In this document: positions 54,141-64,000 of the stretch, in pieces
How positions within the stretch are numbered: the first letter of the stretch is position 1
Layout: each line of letters opens with the position of its first letter
NCBI GenBank assembly: GCA_964016885.1
Contig: OZ024740.1
Location: 73,284,001-73,348,000, forward strand
Source of the DNA: Eledone cirrhosa
Lineage: Eukaryota
Reading direction: 5' to 3'
DNA length: 64,000 nt
Position numbers and translations under genes: made by a program
Notes under the pieces: generated by a model
The model's input: only the letters and a program-made list of their open reading frames with translations
What the model was told of the DNA's origin: nothing
The model's database searches: none

Positions 54141-54530
54141 GGTTTCAGTCATTAGACTGCGGCCATGCTGGAGCACCATTTTGAAAGGATTTACTCAATC
54201 ATATCGATCCAAGAACTCTTTTATTCTTTTACTGGTTTCAGTCATATGACTGCGGCCATAGTGAGGCACTGTTTAGAATGGATTTAATCGATTATATCAG
54301 CCCCAGTACTGTTTTACCAGTTTCAGTCATTTGACTGTGGCCATGTTAGGGCACCACTTTTAAAAGAATTTAGTCGGTCATATCAACCCCAGTAGTGGTT
54401 TACTGGTTTCAGTCATATGACTGCGGCCACACTGGGGCTCTGTTTAAATCATATCAACCCCAGTACTCATTTGCTGATTTAAGTTATTAGACTGCGATCA
54501 TGATAGGTCATCGTCTTGAAGAGATTTAGG
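54141..54530 (+). repeat. Tandem array (~5 x 70-92 bp) of a SINE-derived unit
   Basis: ggtttcagtcat..gactgcggccat... repeated at ~54141, 54234, 54320, 54405 and 54476. Confidence 0.8.
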
Positions 54531-54665
54531 TTTGATTTTTTTTCATCATAAGATAGATTGAGAAATAAAAGATGAAATAGAAAGATAAAGGGTGAGAAGA
54601 AGGAGGAACAGAATTTTATTTAGAAAATGCTCAAATGTATTAAGTCAGCCATTTTGGAGAAAATC

Positions 54666-54800
<135 letters not shown>

Positions 54801-55265
54801 CCATCATTTTAAACAGAAAATGATGACATACACACACACACACATTTTAAACAGAAAATGTTCATATAACCGTACTTCCTTTCATTCGATTCCGTGAAAG
54901 TACATAACTATTTGATATATATATACTGCCACAGACAATATCACTTTATGTGTCTTACACAAAACTGTTTATACCTACACTTAATGTTAAATATTACTTT
55001 CGCTAAGCATAGAGACTTTTAACTCTGTTTAAGTTTCTCTCTAACAATATTTTACTTCTTACAGTATACTTTCCCGCAAAATGTGTAAATTTCACGTTAA
55101 TCTTTATCTATGCCTTCTTTATTGTTTAATGTTTTCTTTTACTTTTTGAATGCTTTTACTCTTTTATTCTTTTACCTGTTCCAGCCATCTGGCTGAGGCC
55201 ATGCTGGGGCACCGACCTTGTTTATGTATTATCTTAACGGGACTAATTAACTCAATTAATGTATC

Positions 55266-55390
55266 TATATTTCCTGCTAATATGAAGGGAGATGTTTTTG
55301 TGCCATATAGATAATTAATTGATTGACTGATTAATTAATTCGTTTGACTGGTACTACATCTATCCTCTTAGAAACGATTGTAGAAATATA
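55266..55390 (+). ncRNA. Decayed hammerhead (putative pLTR) upstream of the Penelope-like ORF
   Basis: tatatttc-CTGCTAA-[long stem II incl. gatgt/acatc]-GAAA-cgattg-TA-gaaatata; perfect 8-bp stem I. Confidence 0.58.
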
Positions 55391-56469
55391 TGATTATAAT
55401 TGAATAACTATCTTGGTATTCCTTCCGAATTGATTATTTATACACTGTGGCTTTCATCGTCTTCCTCTACTAAAATGTTAGTGGATTCTTTCCTGCTTTG
55501 TTTTGTCCTAATGCGAACTGGAATGAACGGATCAACCTTAATGCGTCGAAACCGTAATGATTACCAGAGGTTGGCTGAGGGGATGGGACTTTTCGTCTTA
55601 TGGGTTTTTTTTTTATTTAATATTCCTTAATATACTTATAATTTCGTTTTCGAAATTAGCCAAGAGTTTGTTGTAAGGAGGATTTCTCCTAGATTTAAAA
55701 ATGTGATCAAAATTATTGTTGGTGTTTTTCTTATCCATTTTCTCTTTATTTTCAAAATCTAGGAAAAATCCTCCTTACAACAAACTCTTGGCTAATTTCG
55801 AAAACGAAATTATAAATATATTAAGGAATATTAAATTTAAAAAAAAAACATATAGAGGCCAGGAATACCTCAGAAGTCTAAAGGAAAAAATTAAGGACAT
55901 GCAAAAAATAAATAAAATATTAGTGAAATCAGACAAAACGAACAACCTATATGGGATTGAAAGAACAAAATATAATGACTTAATTCTAAAAGAATTGAGG
56001 AAAAATTATAAAAAGACCCCAAGTGAGGATTTATTGGATATTAATAATGATGCATTTGAAATTATCACCAATCTTGGAATAGAGCGGAAAACCGAACCTT
56101 CATACCTAAGCAATCGCGGATAAATTTTAAAGACCATAAAAGTAATTTCGAGGAGGACCTGCCAGTTAAACTTATAGCACCTTCAAAATCATATCTTGGA
56201 ATAATTAGTAAAAATATAATTGATGGGATTTTATCAACTCTTAAATTGAGGTCATGGCTAAACCTATGGAAAGGCACTAGTGAAGTCATAGATTGGTTCA
56301 ATAATATCAAAAATAAAAATAATTATAAGTTCATTCAAATGGACATAACGAGTTATTATTCCTCGATAACTCCTAATCTTTTAAATAAGGCGCTATCATA
56401 TGCATATAAACATACGGACTTATCTAGTGATGAGATAAATATTATATTAACAGCAATTTGATTGATTTT

Positions 56470-56798
56470 AATAATTGTTTCTACTTTTGGCACAAGGCCA
56501 GCAATTACCCAGTGTATTACTGGTACTTTATTTTATCGACCCCGTAAGGATGAAAGGTAAAGTTAACCTCGGCGGGATTTGAACTCAGATCATAAAGAGA
56601 CCAAAGCATGGTGTCCGACTCTCTATAATAATTGTTTCTACGTTAGGCACAAGGCCAGCAATTACCCAGTGTATTACTGGTACTTTATTTTATCGACGCC
56701 GTAAGGATGAAAGGCAAAGTCAACCTCGGCGGGATTTGAACTCAGATCGTAAAGGGACGTAACTATGCTGGAAAGCATGGCGTCCGACCCTCTACCGA
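56470..56798 (-). mobile_element. Two tandem young SINE copies inserted in the Penelope RT
   Basis: They interrupt the RT between ...IILTA and LWTRSD...; near-identical to 25540-25705; attgat at both junctions. Confidence 0.85.
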
Positions 56799-59579
56799 TT
56801 GATCTTTGGACTAGATCAGATAGACAGAAGAATTTTGACATTACTATGGGTTCGTCTGATTCGGCGCAAGTTACGGATCTTGTGGGAATGTTTATCCTTA
56901 ACATGATAAATAGAAAACTGCCGGAGATTAGCGGAGGTTTATATAGAGACGACATACTATTTATTGTATAAAAACATAATAATAGTGAATTAAATAGAGT
57001 AAAGAAAGTATTTATAGAATTTCTTTTAAATTACGACCTGAAATTAGAAGTAGAAAATAACAAAATAGTTAATTTTTTTGACATGACTCTTAATTTTAAC
57101 TCAGGCCTTTATTATCCTTTCCATAAACTCAATGAGAATTTAAATTATGTTAGTTTTTATTCTAATCATCCTAAAAGTGTTAAGAATGCAATAGTCAACA
57201 GTGTACAACAACGAATATCCAGGCTATCTGCTAATAGATCCATATTTAATAGTAAGGCTGTATATTATAATGAAGCGTTACATAAAGCTGGACATAACAA
57301 TAGAAAAAATACTGAAAATAATATTAATTATAATCACACTAATCATAATAAAAATGAATATAAAAACAACTTGAGGAATAAATCGGGGAAAAAAACAAGA
57401 ACTAGATCTATAATTTGGTATGCTCCGCCAGCATCTTTAGCTATTAAAACACCGGTAGCACACTTATTTTTTAAAGCCCTAGATAAATGCTTCCCTAGGT
57501 CACATAAATATTACTCTATTTTCAATAGGCACACAGTTAAACTTTCTTATTCAACAACTATGAATATTGCTCAAAATATAGCAAAAATAAATAGTAAAAA
57601 TCTTAATTTGAACCAACATATAATTAGCAATAATAACAATAATAATAACAATACATTAGTTAACGAGAATAACAATAATAGTTTAAATATGAATAATAGT
57701 AGAACACCTGTAAACAATAATGTGAATAGTTTAAGGCCTGGAAATAACATTGAGAAGAAATGTAATTGTAGAAAGAAGTCCGAATGTCCTTTACAAAATA
57801 ATTGCCTTGACAAGAATGGTATATAAATATACCATTAAGACAAATAATAATATATATTGGTGCCACTTCATCTAAAGTTAAAGAACGTTGGTATAATCAC
57901 AGACAGTCTTTTACTAAACCAGATAAAAAATGTTCAACTTCACTTTCACAATTAATATTGTCTTTAAAGGACAATAATACTAAATACTCCATCTTTTGGA
58001 CCAAGTTAAAGAAAACCAATTCCTATCAGAACGCAACTATTTCGCAAAATTGCAATCTTTGTAACTTCGAGACTCTACAGATAATTACAAATTATGACAA
58101 TTTAATCAACAAAAAAAAAACGAGTTGTTCAGTAGTTGTCACCATAAAATTGGTAAAACTTTCCAAGCATTGTACAAATTTCGAAAAAATATTGTCAATT
58201 AATAATTTAATATATATAGGCTTTTGTGGTAATAAGTTATTTATATGTATTAGAATTATTTCATTAAGAGTCTCGTTATCATATGTTTTGATTAGGATAG
58301 TTCAATATTTAACTAGACATCTTTTATGATATTTGCAATAGATGATTTATGGTTTTCAAAATATCGCGGAATGTGTGTGTAGAGATATGTTATAAATGTT
58401 TATATGGTGAATGAGTTATCTTCCTTTTGTTTACATTTTCCGTAAAAATTTCCTTTCTTTTTGACTAGCTTGTTGAATTATATTAGTTTTGAAATATGAA
58501 AGACTAATAATATACAGACTATCATTAAAATGAAACTATATATCAAAATAAGTAAATACTGAAGTAAATATAACCTTTCATTAAATTAATGAAATTAAAC
58601 TTTTGAGAGTAAATGTAACTGCAGTTTAATCCTAGAAATTAAATGAAAATTAAAGAATAGTGAAGATTTTATAAAGAGAATATCATAATTAAATAATTTA
58701 AGTAATATAGGATCTAAATATATTATATGTATTGATGCTGATTTATGTATGGTATTAGATTTTAATGCATATGTAATAATTATTTAAATACGCTTTAAAA
58801 TTTAATTCTTTTAAAGTTGTAACTAAATATTTATAGAATACCTTACCTTAAAATTAAAAATAATAATTTATAATGAGTTAAATTAAATTATATAAATTTT
58901 TAATTAAACGATATATGTGATTGTTATAGAAAATAATCTATACTGATTAATTTTGATATAATATATAAGTATAATTAGCTAATGCATAATCAAATACTAA
59001 AGATATTCAATTGTTTAGTTGAATTGATTGGATGTCCTATTTGATCTTGCATTTGAAAACAACGGTTTTTTTCTCTATCCCCCTCTATTTGATGTTTCCT
59101 TTATTTTTCTTTATTTCTCTTTACCCCCCCCCCCCTCTTTTCCTTTTACTTTCCTTACACTTGCCATCTTTTATCGTTATTCCTCTTTTCTTTTTTATAT
59201 ATTTCTTTTACTCATTCATTCTTTTATCTATTTATGTATGTATTTATATATGTTTTTTTTTTTTCTTGCTTTTCCTCTTATTTAGACCCTCAATCATATC
59301 TCTAATTTGTTCTACGTCCTTTTCTTCTTTAAGTTTATCATATTATACATTGAGATTTGATGAAATAAATCACTGCCAATACTGGAATTGTATAATCAAG
59401 ACCGTAGAGGTATGTCATATATCAAATCATATATTTTGATTATGTGAATATCTTTCATTTGTTAATATTTTGAATAATATTAAAAACTCCAGGAAAACTT
59501 TTACTGTTGAGTGCTTTTAATCTATTGTAAAATTGTATTCATTGAGTAATCAACGAACCATATTAATCTTTGGTTATAT

Positions 59580-59795
59580 GTATTTTCTGGCAGTTTACCT
59601 GTCTACATGTTACAAATGTGTATATTCATATAGGGATTGACACAGTCTTGGTTACCTACTTTGTATATATAAAGATATATTATATATATATATAATATAT
59701 CTTTATATATACAAAGTAGGTAACCAAGGCTGAGTCAATCCCTATATAAATATACACATTTGTAACATGTAGACAGGTAAACTGCCAGAAAATAC
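59580..59795. repeat. 216-bp near-perfect palindrome with a TA-rich centre
   Basis: Arms gtattttctggcagtttacc... / ...ggtaaactgccagaaaatac, 3 mismatches, no spacer. Confidence 0.92.
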
Positions 59796-60105
59796 GAATT
59801 TCCCTGTAAATTGAAAAGGTGAGAAACACTTTTAATTGATTTTCGGACCAAGTTTGGTTCATCAGAAGACATGTGTATAGTATTTAAACAACCACAAGGA
59901 AACATGTATTTTATGGGCTTATATACCCGTTTGATCTTAATAGTATTCTAAAATGGACCAATTAATTTGCATATAATTAGTGCTCGTGTTGGTTGTAATA
60001 TATCTACAGATTAAAACTGTGTATATTTATATATAGATTGGCGCAGTCTCGGTTACCCACTCTGTATATATACAGATAGTACTTTATCGTACACTTCGGC
60101 TGCTA

Positions 60106-60158
<53 letters not shown>

Positions 60159-60674
60159 CTTTCGTCAAATCGGACCGAGGAAAAAGTATTTCCATTGGTC
60201 TTTCCAATTGCTAATCGTATCTATCAGTCGCAACTCCAGCTAAAAGAACTTGAAAAAAAGTGTCTTGCTCAAGGACATAACACATCACCTGGTCCGGGAA
60301 TCGAACTCACAACCTCACGATTGTTAATCTAATTCTCTAACAACTCAGCCTTCACAAAGGCTGGTCATTGAAATATATATAGTGCCTGCAGAATAAAATC
60401 TTTAAAGGAATTTCAACTTTCCGGCCTCCTGTCCCTTAATTCAATAATGTTTAACTCCGTCCATGCACCACTAACAGAATCTTGCACCAAAGATGATTGA
60501 GTTGCAACACGTTGAGTGCTTTTATACTATTACATCATAGTTAACTACACAGAACGAGACGTTGTATCCAGTAGTGAACCACCAACTTCATTGAATATAT
60601 ATATATATATGTGTGTGTGTATGTGTGTGTGTAATATATATATATATATATGTGTGTGTGCATGTGTGTGTGTA

Positions 60675-60750
<76 letters not shown>

Positions 60751-60826
60751 GTGTGTGTATGTGTGTATGTATGTATGTATGTATGTATGTATGTATGTAT
60801 GTATGTATGTTTGTATATATATATAT

Positions 60827-61423
60827 GTCAGGTCACCAGTTGGTGCTACTGGTAACATGTATCCCAGTACAACCTGTCCCATGGTCGGGTCGTTGGCGAC
60901 TAAACTGGCAACCCCACCAAGATTTCTTGGTGAGGAGGGTGACTTTGAACATCCTGCAGGACTAAAAACAAAACCTGTCAAAGAGCAAAGGATCTCTTAA
61001 GAGTCAATGTCCATCCAAAATCACCGGGAGAGATGACCCCTTAGCCTTTGTCAAGGCAGAATTCTAGGAGAAGGAAAACTCTGATATAACACCTGCAACC
61101 CTGATGGTATCCAATGATGTTGACTTGTTCTTCTTTTCAGTAAATATCATCTTGGTTAAGAGAGTGGGACTGGCTTTGTGCAGTGCCTTTGCTCACTATA
61201 AAAGCTTCACGGCACAGGCATTGCTTTATATCTGGAGATCTCTCTGCACTTGTCGTCACATGGTACCATGGGCCCAGCACTATGTGTCAATAATTGTCAC
61301 AAGTGTAGTGTTTGTACCAGAGTTTTCAAGTCGCTGGCTGGACTAAAAAGTCACACTTCGGTAGTTGTTCTCCTACATGGATATAAAGTAGTGGCTGTAC
61401 TCGAAAACGAGTTGGCAGCCACC
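60827..61423 (+). mobile_element. Bipartite non-autonomous RTE-derived element (5'UTR joined to 3' end)
   Basis: The 5' part is homologous to 14271-14465(-) and has an RTE-UTR-like ctaggagaaggaaaactctgat motif. The 3' part encodes CSVCTRVFKSLAGLKSH, like the C-terminal C2H2 finger of RTE ORFs. No RT is present. Confidence 0.6.
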
Positions 61424-62005
61424 ATGTATATATATATATATACATACATACATGGCAGTTTACATGTCTACATATTAGAAATGTGTATATTATTAATTAT
61501 TTGTTTGACCCGAATAGCTTGGTCGCTTCTATGGCTTTGCGGTTAATGGTTTAACCATCGTCTCAGTGTGTTTTGCCTTTTAACGTATGTTGTTGCTCTA
61601 GTTCACTTGTTTCTATGGAGCGCTTGCCACACATCTCGGAAGTTGGTTTTCGCTAATTTCCAATAGTCGAAATGCGATTCTCGCTAATTTATATTTGTAT
61701 TAATCTCCAGAGTCTAGCTATTAACCAGTTAATTTTTTTGATTTTTTTAGTTAATTCTATTGACTGATTAATAGCTTATGTTAATTTTAAAAACTATTCT
61801 GTCGAGAGCTTAATTCGTTTTGTGATATTTTGCAATTTTGCAATAACCACACATTTCGCTAATTTCCAATAGCCGAAATCCGATTCTCGCTAATTTATAT
61901 TTGTATATATATATATATATATATATATATGGGGGGTGGGATGCTTAAAGCGCCCGTAAGCGGTATGCCGTTTGAGCACTCGATGCTCTTACAGAGCAGA
62001 GTATA

Positions 62006-62343
<338 letters not shown>

Positions 62344-62488
62344 AAATGTTATGAAACGAAAGGAGCTGTGTGGTTACTAAAAACAAGGTTTAGGATGGTG
62401 GTTAGGACGGAACAGGAGGAGAAAGAAAGAAAGGAGTTTCCATCGTCAGCTGTAAATGTATCCCGAACCGATGTTTCGGCGCTGAATA

Positions 62489-62823
<335 letters not shown>

Positions 62824-62996
62824 AAAGAGTGAGAGGGGGAGGACAGAGAGGAGGAGGAAGGAGAGAGAGAAGGGGGGAGAGATGGAGAAAAAGAGAGGGA
62901 GAGAGAGTGTGAGACAAAGCGTTGGAGAAGAAACTGGAAACAAAACAAAAGAAGCAACAATTATAAGACAATAGTAATATCAACAATGACGCCAAT

Positions 62997-63205
62997 GGTG
63001 ATGATGATGATGATGATGGTGGTGTTGGTGATGATGGTGATGATGGTGATGGTGATGATGATAATGATGATGATGATGGTGATGATGGTGATGATGGTGA
63101 TGCTGCTACTGCTGCCACAGCTGATGGTGATGATGATGGTGATGATGGTGATGGTGGTGGTGAAGGTGATGATAGTGATGGTGATGGTAGTGTTGTTGCT
63201 GCTAC

Positions 63206-63258
<53 letters not shown>

Positions 63259-63358
63259 GTGATGATGATGGTGGTGGCGGCGGCGGCGGTGGTGGTGGTG
63301 GTGGAAGTGGTGGTGGTGGCGGTGGCAGTGGTGGTAATGGCGACGACGGTGATGATGA
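62997..63358. repeat. (ATG/GTG)n trinucleotide low-complexity tract
   Basis: Direct reading; the poly-M/V, poly-H and poly-I/S ORFs are artefacts. Confidence 0.92.
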
Positions 63359-64000
63359 TTTTTATCACCAGCCAGAGGGCGACACAACGTTTAATGTCAA
63401 CAATTGTAGTTTTAAGTCATAAGAAAACAATAACTCACTGATTGTGTCTCTCTCTGTGTGTGGAAAAACAGTCGACTGTACATTATAGAGGAAAGAGAAG
63501 AAAGAAGAGAAAAGAGATAAGAGAGACAGCAGAGGCAGGGGTAGGGGGAGAAAGAAGAGGAATAGTAAGATGGAGTGAAGAGTGAGGAGGGGAGATAATC
63601 GATTAGAACGGTGTAAAACGTTGGTCCAACAGCGACCAGCGTTTGTTTATAGTATTGTCTCTAATGTTTTCTTGGCGTTCGTTCTGATCAAAGCCGACGT
63701 GCAGACACTACTAATATTAGACTGCAATACAAAAACTAAGCAACATCAATCAACGCAGACTGTTGTGATTGTATGATGTTGTGTGGTTCTCTGTGATTTT
63801 CTGTGATTTTCTCTGATTTTCTCTGATTTTGTGTGGTTTTGTGTGGTTTTCTATGCGTTTGTATAATTTTTGTAATTTTGTAATTTTTCATACAGCCAGC
63901 GAACAACACACATGATGGCTAGGTAGGTATCTAGGTAGGTAAGTAGGTAGGTAGGTAGGTAGGTATCTAGGTAGGTAAGTAGGTAGGTAGGTAGGTAGGT

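Larger units (their letters stand above)
55266..58330 (+). mobile_element. Decayed Penelope-like element (RT + GIY-YIG), probably Naiad-type
   Basis: Fragments VKSDKTNNLY, LKDHK, KFIQMDITSYYSSI, FDITMGSSDSAQVTDLVG, GLYRDD, SNHP, CNCR..CPL..C, YIGATS..KERWYNH, CNLC; upstream hammerhead remnant; multiple frameshifts. Boundaries approximate. Confidence 0.85.

Noticed and set aside
55716-58330. Selenocysteine-recoded Naiad ORF
   Set aside because: The conserved Cys positions I can read use TGT/TGC, and the disruptions are frameshifts and a SINE insertion rather than in-frame TGA at Cys sites.
61628-61906. ~55-bp direct repeat (61648-61700 and 61855-61906) as mini-LTRs
   Set aside because: There is no TG..CA, TSD or internal features; it is most simply a local duplication.

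Overview
This is a eukaryotic, repeat-saturated intergenic/intronic window, with no host protein-coding gene that I can support. The SINE sequences and the extreme (TA)n/(CA)n/(TATG)n/(GATA)n density suggest a cephalopod (Octopus-like) genome; that assignment is inference. Large elements: (i) four Tx1-clade (L1-group, APE+RT) LINE copies, namely a near-intact full-length copy at 661-6396 with a 5'-truncated sister at 6433-7196 (both in (GATA)n), a 5'-half at ~28030-31185, and a 3'-part at 35244-38361 abutting (TAA)n; (ii) three R4/Dong-type RT+RLE LINEs (8447-9377 fragment, ~31555-35243, ~39580-43541); (iii) a decayed Penelope-like element (RT+GIY-YIG, ~55266-58330). There are also many tRNA-derived SINEs, a piggyBac-type MITE, RTE-derived non-autonomous elements, and mini/microsatellites. 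Nearly all short ORFs in the track are microsatellite or antisense artefacts. Most notable by eye: about ten type-I hammerhead-ribozyme motifs (intact to decayed), whose best-preserved copies have a self-complementary stem III, carried by short elements that often abut (TA)n and several of which are fold-backs; a ~170-bp duplication flanking a Tx1 nested in a Dong tail; an apparent partitioning of microsatellite targets among retroelement lineages; and a covarying pseudoknot (candidate HDV-like ribozyme) in two RTE-type 5' ends. All RNA structures were paired by hand and need computational confirmation.
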